A DNA stretch of 64,000 nucleotides from Octopus vulgaris (taxonomy: Eukaryota), in the NCBI GenBank assembly GCA_951406725.2, contig OX597823.1, forward strand, positions 91,450,001 to 91,514,000. The letters are read 5' to 3'. Positions 50,186 to 64,000 of this stretch are shown piece by piece. The translations under genes were made by a program, and so were the position numbers. The notes under the pieces are model-generated. The model did no database searches. It was not told the DNA's origin and worked only from the letters and a program-made list of their open reading frames with translations. Within the stretch, counting starts at the first letter, position 1, and each line of letters begins with the position of its first letter.

Positions 50186-50533
50186 TCATAATCATCATCA
50201 TTGTTTAATGTCGGCTTTCCATGCTAGTATGGGTTGGATGATTTGACTGAGGTCTGGTGAACCAGATGGCTGCACCAGGCTTCAATCTTGATCTGGCAGA
50301 GTTTCTACAGCTGGATGCCCTTCCTAACGCCAACCACTCTGACAGTGTAGTGGGTGCTTTTACATGCGACCGGCAAAGGGGCCAGTCAGGCAGTACTGGT
50401 AACGACCTCGCTTAAATGTTTTTACATGTGCCACCGGCAAAAGTGCCGGTAAAGCAGCGCTGGTAACGCTCACACTCAAATGGTGCCATTTATGTCCCAC
50501 TGGCACGGAAGCCAGTTAGCCGCTCTGTCAACG
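50183..50533 (-). mobile_element. RTE 3' UTR fragment
   Basis: Homologous to 6155-6500; (TA)n-type tracts on both sides. Confidence 0.85.
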
Positions 50534-50556
50534 ATATCTATATATCTATCTATCTA

Positions 50557-50604
<48 letters not shown>

Positions 50605-50647
50605 CGTGTGTGCATGTATGAACGTATGTGTATAAATGCATATGTGT

Positions 50648-51063
50648 TCCTTTATTCTTTTATTTGTTTCAGTCATTTGACTGCGGCCATGTTGGAGCAC
50701 CACCTTTAGTTGACCAAATCAACCCCAGGACTTATTCTTTGCAAGTCTAGTACTTATTCTATCGGCCTCTATTTCTAGAACTGCTAGTTACAAGGACATA
50801 AACAGACCAGCAGCACATGTCAAGTGATACTGGTGTGTGTGTGTGTGGGGGGGTGTCAAACATAGACACACAAACACACACACACATAAATATACATATA
50901 CATGACAGGCTTCTTTCAGTTTCTGTCTACCAAATCCACTCACAAGGCTTTGGTCAGCCCGAGGCTATAATAGAAGACATTTGCCCAAGGTGCCATGCAG
51001 TGGGACTGAACCTGGATCCATGTGGTGGATAAGCAAGCTACTTATCACACAGTCACTTATGCA
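50648..51063 (-). mobile_element. SINE family A, full copy
   Basis: Homology to 62278-62676. Confidence 0.8.
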
Positions 51064-51152
51064 CTTATATATATATACATATATCTATATCTATATATAC
51101 ATATATACACACATAAATATATATACACACATAAATATATATACATACATGC

Positions 51153-51311
<159 letters not shown>

Positions 51312-52587
51312 TATATATATACATATATATAAAATTACAAGTACATAAATATATATATCTATGCACATACAAGTAAATATGTATGCATCCATAGCAGACA
51401 TATTTGCACACACACACACATATATATATTTGCATATGTACATATATATATATACATGCATACACATACAGACATATTTACATACATATATTATATACAG
51501 CTGTTTATATACATATATCTATATATATATAAATACAATATCACGCATAGTTACATTCATTTATATACACACCTATATACATGCTTTCATACATACACAC
51601 ATACATACATTAACATGCATATACCCATATCCATGTGCATCACTAGAGAGGATAACATGACATAGGAAACACAGTCTATAAATAAAGAAGATTTCAGCTT
51701 GTAACTATTGTAAGTGGTTTATAGATAGCACAAACAATCGTGTGATTGTGTTAATGTTCATGCAAGCAAGAGGCATGAGGCATGTAGTCGCTTATGGCTC
51801 TACAGCTCATTGGGTAATCCCTTGTATAGATTTGTGATAATCTGTGTTGCATAATGAGAAGGATTATGGGAAATTGATACACTGGAATGTTACAGAATCT
51901 AAAATCCACGGATATTGTGTTGAGGGTTGAAGGTTTGTGAGAAGCTGTGATTTACAGGCAAAAGTGGGTATTTGATATGGTGTTAGTCTATTAGTACATG
52001 GCTTAGTGGTCAGAGCATTCAGCTCATGATTGTAAGGTCATAAGTTCAATTCCTGGTGGGGGTTGTGCCCTTGAGCAAGACATTTTTTTTCACATTGCTC
52101 CAGTCCACTTAATGACAAAAATGAGCTCTTACCTGTAATTACAAAGGGGCCAGCCTTGTCACATTCTGTACCACACTGAATCTCCTTGAGTACTACATTA
52201 AAAGTATGCTTCTCTGTGGAATACTCATCCCCTTGCATGTTGATTTCATGAGCAGACTGTTCCATCAATCAGAATGACTGGAGTTCCAGTTTTGGTTTAT
52301 TGCACATTATTTACAATATTTACATTATTTACATTATTTATATTTGACGGATAGTTGTCCTCATCATGTGCCTGTGATTTACAGGCACATGAGCGCACAC
52401 ACATACACACACATATATACACACATATACACACACATATTTACACATGTACACACACACACACACACAAACACATATAACAGGCTTCTTTCAGGTTCCA
52501 TCTTTCAGACCCACTCAACAATACATACACGCACACGTGCATGCACATACATGCACATGAACACACATATATACATACATATACACG

Positions 52588-52633
<46 letters not shown>

Positions 52634-52999
52634 ACAAGCTTCTTCCAGTTTCTGTCTACCAAATCTACTCACAAGGCATTGGCCAGTCAAAGAGCTATGG
52701 AAGAAAAACTTTTGCTCAAGATGCCATGTAATGGAACTGAACCCAAAAGAGATGTGGTTGAGAAGCAAACTTCTTAACCACACAGCTATGTCTGTGCCTT
52801 GTGGTTTTGGCAATTACATCCTGTATGACACAGGTGTCCAGAGGACCATTACTTTTGGTGTTTGTTTCATAAAGTAGGTAGTCTGTTGGATGGGCATGGA
52901 TGCAGCCTATAAAGATATGAAGTATACTGTTTGTGCTGCCAATGGAGTTTTGAGGGCCTTAGGCACAACTGGTTGTATGGTACCACATTCCCTTTTGAC

Positions 53000-53205
53000 T
53001 TTTATTTCTTTACTGCCCACAAGGGGCTACACACAGAGGGGGTAAACAAGGTCAGACAAATGGATTAAGTCGATTATATCAACCTCAGTGCATAACTGGT
53101 ACTTAATTTATTGACCCCGAAAGGATGAAAAGCGAAGTCGACCTCAGCGGAATTTGAACTCAGAATGTAACAGCAGATGAAATACCGCTAAGCACTTCGT
53201 CCAGC
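53000..53205 (-). mobile_element. SINE family B
   Basis: Same unit as 18811-19606. Confidence 0.85.
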
Positions 53206-53449
53206 ATTGTACAAACATTTCAAGGGGTGAAATGGGTTAAGTGGAAAGACATTAATTGATTTGGCAAGGCCATGTGTTCAATGTAACTAGTGTGAAACAT
53301 TGTCTCTCCATGAGAAAAGGGCCATTGTAATTTAAAAGGGAATTCTATAGATTCAGGTTCGAATCTATGTGCCCAAATGAATTCCACTCATAACACTCTC
53401 CCCACCCATTAAGGAAAAGAAAGTTTCACAGAAACTGTGTTAATATAAG

Positions 53450-53557
53450 AATGATAATACAATTGATCGATACCCAAACAGCACAGAACCTGCTGAAATA
53501 CATTAGAAATGAAATTTGGGCCCTGATTAGATTGAACATCATCTGGCAAACCATAGT
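53450..53557 (-). pseudogene. Gypsy-type integrase core remnant
   Basis: Manual translation YGLPDDVQSNQGPNFISNVFQQVLCCLGIDQ resembles the rve motif FGLP..IQSDQG.NF.S..FQQV...LGI. Confidence 0.6.
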
Positions 53558-55429
53558 TTCCTTTGTTTCCTTAAGACTCTTTCAGTCATCTGATAAGAGG
53601 TTTCTGCACACAGGTATTCTCTTTTAAACCAACATCAGCCTCAATGAATTCATACTCTGCATGCATCAACACAGCTCAGGCATGTAAAGTGTATATGTCT
53701 GAGTCAAATCTCTTATGTTGAATCGTTTGTGGCTGGCAACACTATTGGTGAATGCTTGGCTACTGAACTAAAAATTTGTTTTAAAGATGAGTTAAAAATC
53801 ACACTGTAGAGGAACAATGTGTAGTGGTTATGTGCATATCACGGTGAACAGATGCAAAAGGAACGTGTATGCCTTTGAAGTAAACAAATGAGTGAATCGA
53901 TTCATAGTTAAAAATAATTTATTCACTGGACTTAATTTGTCGATGGTACACATAATTCTTTACTACATGCAAAATGTTGACAACTGCTACGAGTTGCTAG
54001 AAATAGAAACAGGGTACATCTGTGGAAGTGATGTGTCAGGAATGAATATGTTTGTGCGTGTGTGTGTGTGTGTCTGTGTGTGCGTAGTTCATCTGAGATC
54101 AGTAGTCTTCCGTGGAACTTTGAACATTTCTCTTGCGTCTCTGCGGTCCTTCAAAACCTATTGTTGTAGACCTTTCTCATTTGCCTGCTAGGCCTTTCTC
54201 TTCCTGTGTGTCTGTTGACCACCGTATTTATAATAATCATGGCAGCTAGAAGGACAGACATACTGCAGCAGAGTTTGTACCGTAATAGGTCAGCTCCTGT
54301 CCATTTGAAATTCACCTGACATGGCTGAGGTCGTAGGTCAAAGGGAGATGATCAATCACTTTTTGACAGGACAAAGAAAACCATTTTTTGCGCCTGTTGA
54401 TTGTGGTGGTTTGGACAACCTGAATTCTTAGATTCAGTTTCGAATCTAGGTTTGGAGAAGTAAGTGTTAATTTTTACAAATGTCATCCATTCAGGGGAGA
54501 AGACAGAGCTATTTACTGTTCACATTAGGGGTTTCACTGTTGGAAGGAAATATAAAACAGGATGAAGGAACACAGCAGCGCTAACGAGAGATGGGAAAAT
54601 GGAGGTCTGCTTGCAGAATAATACCAGATGACAGTACAACAATAACACCACTGACGGTCAGTTATAACGATGGGTGCTCCAGTTGATCCAATCAATGGAA
54701 CAGCCTGCTCATTGAATTAACATGCAAGTGGCTGAGCACTCCACAGACATGCATGCCTTTAATATAGTTCTCAGGGAGATTCAGCAAGACACAGAATGTG
54801 ACAAGGCTGGCCCTTTGTAATTACTGGTACAACTCATTTTTGCCAGCTGAGTGGAATGGAGCAATGTGAAATAAAGTGTCTCGCTCAAGGACACAATGCG
54901 ACACTGGGAATCGAACTCATGACCTCACAAACACGAGTTGAATATCCAAATAATAAACCATGAACCTTCACTGATGATGACAATAGTGATCGTTAGAATG
55001 GCAATGATGACAACACCAACAGCAATGTTGAATGATTATAATGACAACGATAACGATGACTGCAGCAAGGATGATGATGGTAATGATTATGATGATGACA
55101 ATGATGATGATGAGGAGGAGGAAGATAATGATGGAGCCACTTGCAATGCCAGCTCTATTTCAAGTGTTGCTTACTTTCCAAGCTAAGTGCATTAATATTC
55201 ATCTGTTTACTTGGTACACATTGTCTAATGGAAGTTTTCTTTCTCATCAGTTCATAATTACTCCAGAAGTTTTGTTTTATTTCTCTTCACCAATGCATCA
55301 ACGAACTTATGATGCATAGATGGACCTGTCTGCCTGCCTACCTGTCTCTTTGTCTGTCTGTCTGTCTATTTCACTTCCTATCTATCAATGTTTCCCTCAA
55401 TCTCTCCATGTATCCCTCTACCCATCTCT

Positions 55430-55670
55430 CTCTCTCTACCCATCTCTCTCTGTCTCCCTCTCTACCCATCTCTATCTCTATCTCCCTACCCAGCTCTCTC
55501 TCTCTCTCTCTCTCTCTACCCATCTCTCTCTGTCTCTCTCTCTCCCCATCTCTCTCTATCTCTCTCTCTACCCATCTCTTTCTCTCTCTCTCTCTACCCA
55601 GCTCTCTCTCTCTCTACCCATCTCTCTCTGCTCTTTCTCTCCCCACCTCTGTCTGTCTCTCTCCCCCCCA

Positions 55671-55701
<31 letters not shown>

Positions 55702-55820
55702 ACCTATCTCTCTCTGTCTCTTTCTCACCCCATCTTTCTCTCTCTCTCTCTCTCTCACTCTCTACCCATCACTCTCTCTCTCCCCATCTTTCTCTCTCTC
55801 TCTCTCTCTCTCTCTCACCC
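55430..55820. repeat. (CT)n array punctuated by acccat/acccag
   Basis: Direct reading. Confidence 0.95.
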
Positions 55821-56197
55821 TGTCTACTACCATTCATATACATATACCCACACATTCACATATCTATTTAGCTACTGATGCTGATACGTAGACACAATTT
55901 AATGCGTTTAACACTTGATGAGTCTCGCCAAATCAGTTCAGAAACGGACAGGCCATCAAGCTTATGGTTTGTTGGATGCTGACAAAAGCAAAACTGAGCT
56001 TGCATCATCATCATCATCATTTGTCTTTTGGGGAAGAAGACCAGACAGTGGGTCAAGTTGCCAGGTCACCTCATTAGATGTCTGCAACAGAGACTAAGAA
56101 TCTAAAGGGCAAAATCTGGGAGCAGTGAAACGGAATGTTGAGCTCTGGGAATATGTTTTTAGAGGCACAATGTCACACGTCACAAATGCTGATACAC

Positions 56198-56232
<35 letters not shown>

Positions 56233-56687
56233 TACACACACACACATACATACATACACATACATACATAATACATACATACATACACACACATACACAC
56301 ACATACATACACACACATACATGCACACATATATACACACATACATACACACACATGCATATACACATACATACACACATACATGCACATGCATACATAC
56401 ACACATACATACATATTTACATGTATCTACCTATATATCTCTATATTTATATGTGTATATACATATATATATATATATATGCATATATATATATATGCGT
56501 ATATCTAAGCATATATAGATAGATGCATATACATATATACATACACACACACATATATATATGCATATATCTAAACTTTATAGATAGATACATATATACA
56601 TACACACACACACATATATACATACATACATATGCACATGCATACATATATGTATATACCTAAACAGGTATGTACAGACATATGTAA

Positions 56688-56858
<171 letters not shown>

Positions 56859-56875
56859 CATACACATACATATGT

Positions 56876-57150
56876 TTGCACTGTTTCATTGTTGGTGTGA
56901 CCAACTAAAATAAATGTACTCTGTCTGGCGAGAGATAAATATCATTTAATAAGCACAGTATTTAAATGTAAGCTACTATAACTTTCATACTCTGATAGAA
57001 CATACCACAAGCTTGTCTGACTGTTATACTATCAGAGCATGGAACTCAAAGTAGCTCACATTTAAATCTTGTGTTTGTTAAATGATATTTATCCCTTGCC
57101 AGATGGAGTGCATTTTTAGTCAATCACACCAATAATAAAACTGTGAAAAC
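56876..57150. repeat. Imperfect foldback palindrome (MITE-like)
   Basis: gataaatatcatttaa/ttaaatgatatttatc, atttaaatgt.agctac/gtagct.acatttaaat, ctctgatag/ctatcagag; centre acaagcttgt. Confidence 0.8.
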
Positions 57151-57262
57151 ACACACACGCACACACGTGTGTAAGAATAATAAACTTGTGCTCTACGAAA
57201 GTATAGAGTAACCCATCAGATTAATGTAAAATTGTTTTTATTATAACTGAACGTAAAAACAA

Positions 57263-57333
<71 letters not shown>

Positions 57334-57506
57334 TATCTATCTATCTATGTAATCAATCAATCTATCTATCTATCCATCCAAATTATCCATCCATCCATAT
57401 ATATATATATATATAAATATACATATACATGTATGTATGTATACATACATGCATACATACATACATACATACATACATACATACATGCATACATACATAC
57501 ATATAT

Positions 57507-57551
<45 letters not shown>

Positions 57552-58173
57552 AAATCTATGGAAAAGCAAGTCAAGGTAGAAAATGCTAAAATAATTTAAT
57601 AAAAAACATTTCAGTACCGGTTTCTGTCATTGAGACTTTTTCAACTGTAAGTATGGAAAACAATTAAATTTTGGAAAAATTAAAAGAAAAGTTTTTTAAA
57701 AGAATATTTGTATAGTGCTCAAATACAAAGGTCATTTTCTTTGTTTCTGCCTGTCTCTGTCTCTCTTGTTTACTCTTGTGGTTTCGAGGTTGCTGTGAAT
57801 TCTTGGTAGGGAAGAAGAAGAAGATGAAGAAGAAGAGAAGAAGTAGAAGAAAAAGAAGAAGAAGAAGAAGAAGAAGAAGAAGAAGAAGAAGAAGAAGAAG
57901 AAGAAGAAGAAGAAGAAGAAGAAGAAGAAGGGGGAGGAGGAGGAAGCCTATGTAGAAAGCCATGATTGTTTCGCGAAGAGGGAAATTCCGAAAAGATAAG
58001 TTAATATTTCTGTTTCGCCTTCTTATTTTTCTAATTATTATTATTATTTTTTTTATTCCTCATTTTTGTTCTTTATTTAGTAATGAAAAATTATTTCGAC
58101 GATTTCTAGTTGCATAATTTTGATTGTCATGTCTTTATATATGATGTAAATAGGAAAATAGTTTTATATAATC

Positions 58174-58280
58174 TAGACCTGAAGATTGGCAGTATAGTAG
58201 GATTGATATGGTATTGGATTTTGAGACTTTTTATTTCAGAAATACCAATAGATATATTGTCATGAAACGCGCATTGTCTA
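58174..58280 (+). ncRNA. Type I hammerhead ribozyme with long stem II
   Basis: Stem I tagac/gtcta; CUGAAGA 58179-58185; stem II tggcagtata/tatattgtca and tggtatt/aatacca; GAA; near-palindromic acgcgcat. Confidence 0.65.
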
Positions 58281-58619
58281 AATAATTTAATATATGATTC
58301 AGAATAGTATTTGTAGATATTAATTTTGATGAAATTTTATCTTATATATCTCTATAATAGATAATGTTGTTCAATGTTGTTTGAGTTGCTTGAAGGCAGC
58401 TCTGTTTCTTAAACCTATTTATATATATGTATATAATACAGCGAGAAATTCAATTTAGTACCACCAAATTGAATTTCTCTCCCCTGGGGACTTGGAAATA
58501 ACTTCCCTAATTTTAATAATTATAATAAATATGTATGTATGTATGTATGTATGTATGCATTTATGTCTGCATGTATGTATGTATGTATGTATGTATGTAT
58601 GTATGTATGTATGTGTATG

Positions 58620-58845
58620 TATTTCTTTATTGCCCACAGAGGGTTAAACACAGAGGGGACAAATAACGACAGGTAAAGGGATTAAGTCGATTACATTGAT
58701 CCCAGTGCGTAACTGGTACTTATTTAATCAACCCTGAAAGGATGAAAGGCAAAGTCGACCTTGGTGGAATGTGAACTCAGAACATAATGGCAGATGAAAT
58801 ACCGCTAAGCATTTTGCCCGGCGTGCTAACAGTTCTGTCAGCTCG
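58620..58845 (-). mobile_element. SINE family B
   Basis: Head plus conserved domain plus tail ...tgtgggcaataaagaaata (minus strand). Confidence 0.85.
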
Positions 58846-60150
58846 TATGTGTATCTATATATGCATGCATGCATGTATGTATGTCTGAATGTATGTATGT
58901 ATGTATGTATGTGTGTATGTGTGTATGTATGTATGTAAATGTATGTATGTATGTATGTATGTATGTATTTATGTATGTATGTGAATATGTATGTATGTAT
59001 ATGTGTATGTATGTATGTGTCTAGTATGTATGTATGTGTGTGTGTATGTATGTGTGTATGTATGTATGTATGTATGTATGTATGTATGTATGTATGTATG
59101 TATGTATGTGTGTATGAATGTGTGTATGTGTGTATGTATGTGCCACATGCATGGTTGCCTGGGTCAGACAGAATTTGTTGAATCAGGAAGATGTATGATC
59201 CCTTTTTGTTTATCGCTGGTTATATCAAAGAATTTTGTAGAAATATAGAAGGGGTCAGACAGCATGTGTATGATGGATTTGTTGTTTCTAAGTTAAGAAA
59301 GAAACAACCACCATTATAGCGTGTCCTCAAATGGTTGGCATCATGTCTTCTACAAGTTTCTGTGTTTGACTCAGAATCTCAAGTCAAGAATATTCTTTCC
59401 AGATGTAGGTCTGCCATGATGGTTATGGTTGGAGAACACTTGATGGTTGACCAGAGGGTAGACAACAAAAAACTTTGCAACTGCTTTGGTGTGAACAGAA
59501 TAACAGAAGTAATTATAACTCTTTTCTGTGTTTGGAGTTCAGAGTTCCAAGTATGACAAAGTAATTATAGAATTTATTACTTCCAGTGTTGGTTATTTAA
59601 GTACAATTCAAGTATTTGGCATGTTTTAATCGGCCAAAAAATCACCAAGTAATTTGTGGCATGATTCCAAGTTTGGTAATCAATACAAACATATTCCTGT
59701 TTTGTTTCTCAACATATATCATTCTCTGTTATTTTTTGTTGTTACAAAGTCAAACTCCACCTATTTAATGCCTCATTTCTTCCCCTCCTTCTTAATTTAT
59801 TATGGCCTATATAGTATAATTAATTTCCTCTGTCTTATCCCCCAGCTTTTCCCTCACTCTCTGTCACTCGCACCAACTCTCTCTCTTCCTTCCTTTCGCA
59901 AACACAGTTATTTACTCTATAAACAGCAGCTTGTTATTAGTTCAGAGGTTCCTTCACAATGTCCGTTTTAATTCTCCAAATTGATTCTGTCACATGACTT
60001 GGTCCTGTGTCAATCTCAAGAAACTTCATCAAAAAAATGTAATAAATTCTCCTCTCTGGTGAAACCATACATCACTCACCAATATCTGTATATGCACGCA
60101 CATGCGCACACACTCATATACACAAAAACCAGGTACACAAGTGCACCCCT

Positions 60151-60200
<50 letters not shown>

Positions 60201-60237
60201 ATGGCCTATATAGTATAATTAATTTCCTCTGTGTGTG

Positions 60238-60277
<40 letters not shown>

Positions 60278-61132
60278 TACAAAATATGCATACTTATGTA
60301 TAGGTATATATATAAGTAAATAGACATTGCACATATATATATATATAACCTATTTGATACCTTTATGAACTGGGCTAATTTAGCTATTACTCCATAGATT
60401 GAAGGAAATGATGGATGACCTTAATCGATTTTTGAATCGTATTGCAATCTCATCAAAGGTGTCTACATCAATTTCATCAATTCCAGAGAAACAGGCAGTC
60501 ACTCTGTTTATATACTAAAAAATCACAATAGCTACAGAAAAGTGGAGCTACTGATTTGCATACTATAAGTGTTAAAGCCTTATTTAATATCAAGGGCCTA
60601 ACATCTGGGGTCTCAGTCCTCACAGTATGATATATGTAACCTATACTGTACCTGTATAAATAGGGCTGAATTAGCTTCCACATAAATTGAAAAAATGATG
60701 AACAACATTAATCAAGTTTTGAATCTTAATGAATTCTCATCAAATATATATATATATATATATATACATACACAAAGTAAATGGAGAATACATTCACAGA
60801 ATAATCAATTCATTTATGAATTGGAATAAACTCTCCATCTATTAGGATGTGAAAAATATCAAGCAATTTGCCCTGAGGAATTTTTTTTTTGTTTTTCAGC
60901 TTCATAGTGCACATTACATGTGTAAATATGGATGAGAGCAATCAACCGAAATGCAGTATAGGTAATATGAATGAACTTAGTAATTTGACCGGACTATGAC
61001 AATAAATGGATTGATTATTCTCCTAAGCAGACTGAGTGCAGATATGAATAGCATATGGGAACCAGTATTAAGGAAGGAAAGGAAAAAATTAGATTTATAA
61101 GCCCTAAAAATTCACTCCATAATTGCCCACAG

Positions 61133-61201
61133 GCATATGGCGTAGTGGTTAAGAGCATGGGCTACTAACCCCAAGATTCCGAGTTAGATTCCAGGCAGTG
61201 A

Positions 61202-61246
<45 letters not shown>

Positions 61247-61500
61247 TAACAACAACAACAACAACAACAACAATAATAATAACATCGAAAAATACCTTAG
61301 GAATGAGAACCCAGGTTTGAAATTTCCCCAAGCCCAAGACACCTGATGAAGGCTGGAGGGTATATCAGCCAAAATGTGTTAACAAGAAACAAGATGAGGA
61401 CAAATATCCATCAAATGTAAAGAATGTAAATAAAACATGAGATCCGTCAAAGGTAAATAATGTAAATAATGTAACATAATTCCTCATCTCATAAATATAG
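61133..61500 (+). mobile_element. tRNA-headed SINE-like element with decayed hammerhead
   Basis: A-box tggcgtagtgg, B-box-like gttagattcc, (AAT)n, then acac-ctgatga-a-ggctg..cagcc-aaaa-tgtgt. Confidence 0.55.
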
Positions 61501-62277
61501 AACTTGATTATTCTGTGTATGTATTCTCCATTTTCTCTGTATTGTTAAACTTTTCGCAAACAATGGAATTTCAAACAACTGGAATTTCAAAAGTCAAAGG
61601 TATGAATATTGAAGAAGTACCAACAATAAACACTAGTACATATACGCATGTAGAATTTTCGAGTATCATTAATCAAAATAGTGCTAAACTGGTGCATGCT
61701 TGGATAATACATTAATTTATTGACCCCCCAAAAGGATGAAATGCAAAGTCAACCTTGGCAGAATTTGAACTCAGAGCTTAAAGACAGTAATAATACTGCA
61801 AAGCATTTTGCTCAGCATGCGAACGGTTCTGCCAGCTCGCCGCCTTTTTATGTACACATGCATTCCGTTTTGTGTTGCTTCTTCAACCATCTGTGAACAG
61901 TTTCATGTCCAGTTTTCTATGGTAAGAGTTTGTTAATCCTTCCCAAGAAAAAACAAAAACCCAACAAACAAACACCTAAAAAATCCTATCTTTTGTTTAC
62001 CTGCTATACAACTCATTTAACAGTTTATCATAAATTATTGCAAAAACAAGGAAATATTTGCAAACAGCAATGAAAGAATAAACTGGTTTAGCTATGTTAG
62101 ATAGTTTAGATATTTAACTGATTGATTAACAGTTAAGAAGTGATATTGCACCAGTGCATGTGTGTTATTATTATTGGCAAAATGACCCTCCCAAGACACA
62201 ACAAGATTGAGAGATTATTGCTCTTTATTTCTTGCCCAGCACTATTTTTATCAAGACTGAAAAAGAACAAATGTTAG

Positions 62278-62676
62278 GCATAGGAGTGGCTGTGTGGTAA
62301 GTAGCTTGCTTGCCAACCACATAGTTCCATGTTCATTCCCACTGCGGGGCACTTTGGGCAAGTGTCTTCTACTATAGCCTCGGGCCAACCAAAGTCTTGT
62401 GAGTGGATTTAGCAGACAGAAGCTGAAAGAAACCCATCAGATATGTGTATGTGTGTGTGTGTGTGTATATTTGTGTGTCTTTGTTTGTCCCCCCAACATC
62501 GCTTGCCAATCGATGGTGGTGTGTTTACGCCCCCGTAACTTAGCGGTTCGGCAAAAGAGACCAATAGAATAAATACTAGGCTTCCAAAGAATAAGTCTTG
62601 GGATCAGTTTGCTCGACTAAACGCAGTGCTCCAGCATGGCCGCAATCAAATGACTGAAACAAGTAAAAGAGTAAAG
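62278..62676 (+). mobile_element. tRNA-derived SINE family A (CORE-like), full copy
   Basis: tggctgtgtggtaag head, ggcactttgggcaagtgtctt CORE-like segment, internal (TG)n, tail gactgaaacaagtaaaagagtaaa. Confidence 0.85.
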
Positions 62677-63189
62677 TTTACTTTGGTAGGATTTGAACCC
62701 AGAATGCAGTGAGCAGGAATAAAATGACAGAGCATTTTACACATTATCCTTAATAACTCAGTAAGCTTCCTGCATAGCTTGTTTTTGCATAATCTCCTCA
62801 TTTAGCGCTGTTTCTGTTAAAGATTGACCTTTGAGAAACGCAGAGTTACTGTACCCATCAATTACATGTGTTATGAATGTGATTGAATGCATGAAACAGC
62901 ATTTGCATACATAAAGACAATCATGTGTGCACATACATGTGTATGACTACATGTGAATGCACACGCATAAATAATGTGATAGTGTATGTTTGTTGGTAAA
63001 TCATTATGTTTATATTTACACACACACACATACACACATGGACACATGAATAGTCTTAGGTGCGTATTCATACGACACATTTCTCCGTGTTGAAGTTCTA
63101 ACCGAATTAGGGATAATCATAATGGTTTCAACAATACTATACACCTACAGAGGTCTAACTAGAAATACAAACCGAACGATAACAACAAC

Positions 63190-63538
63190 AACATCATCAT
63201 TTTCGGCGTCATCGTCATGATCATCGTAATCATCATCATTGTCGTCGCCATCATTGTCATCGTCATCATCATCATCGCCGTCGTCATCATCACCATCATT
63301 ATCGTCATCGTCATCATCATCATCATCATCATTTTCATCATCTTCATCATCATCATCATCATCATTTTCATCATCTTCATCATCATCATCATCATCACCT
63401 TCATCATCATCTTCATCATCATCATCATCATCATCCCCATCATCATCATCACCATCACCATCATCATCATCATCATCTTCATCATCGTCATCCCCATCAT
63501 CATCATCATCCCCATCATCCCCATCATCATCATATCAT
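63190..63538. repeat. Compound (CAT)n array
   Basis: Direct reading. Confidence 0.95.
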
Positions 63539-64000
63539 GAGATTCCATTAAGAAGAACGGCTGGATTGCAGGTTTTCCATGTATCATATGTTTAAGGTTG
63601 TTTATGTGTTGTTTATATTTCCAAAGTTTTTCCTTTTTTTCTTCTTTTTCTTAATCTCATGAAACATCTCTCAATAACAGGTTACTGATTCAAAGATGAA
63701 TCCATTTTGTTGTGGAAACACTCATTTTTTTGTGATAATGATGATCTCTGAAACTCTTACATAATTTTTTGGATTATCTCTAAATACTGTGATTGAGGAA
63801 TTATATAATAAGTTCCTGTACTCTTGTCTCTGTTATTCACTCACCGAATTCTTAATCTATTGGGTTCTTAGATAAATTCATTTGTTTCCTTCATATGTTA
63901 TTTGAAGTAATGCAAAAAATATCTTTATCTTAATGTTCTATATTTTTATATTGAAGAGATGAGGAATTATGTACATTACATACATTATTTACATTTTATG

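Noticed and set aside
52800-52990. Possible retroviral protease DT-motif remnant
   Set aside because: Needs a frameshift, and the order relative to the integrase scrap is non-canonical
59150-59560. Minus-strand PTSGKNILDL resembling a CR1 endonuclease motif
   Set aside because: Too short and degenerate to support without a search
61133-61205. Functional tRNA gene (likewise the other SINE heads)
   Set aside because: Acceptor and T stems do not pair properly; followed by a repeat body

Overview
Eukaryotic, AT-rich, repeat-saturated non-coding DNA (intergenic or intronic). No host protein-coding exon could be supported. The repeat landscape suggests a coleoid cephalopod such as Octopus (inference): long (TA)n/(CA)n tracts, four tRNA-headed SINE families, and an RTE LINE with a (GAT)n tail. 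The only long real ORF belongs to a slightly 5'-truncated RTE LINE (6155-9742, minus strand) with APE, RT and an inserted PHD finger. Other elements: many RTE 3' fragments, CR1 tails, Tc1 and mariner remnants, non-autonomous Helitrons, a Gypsy integrase scrap, a Penelope GIY-YIG fragment, and two ORF1-like (RRM-like + CCHC knuckle) elements. Two systems stand out. (1) About 15 type-I hammerhead-ribozyme motifs from several unrelated small (TA)n-associated elements, some in long inverted repeats and one fused to a tRNA-like head. (2) An ORF1-only element with a target-site duplication inside a SINE head, whose 3' tail is shared with a SINE family that forms fixed-junction concatemers. All folds and alignments were made by eye; coordinates of degenerate repeats are approximate.
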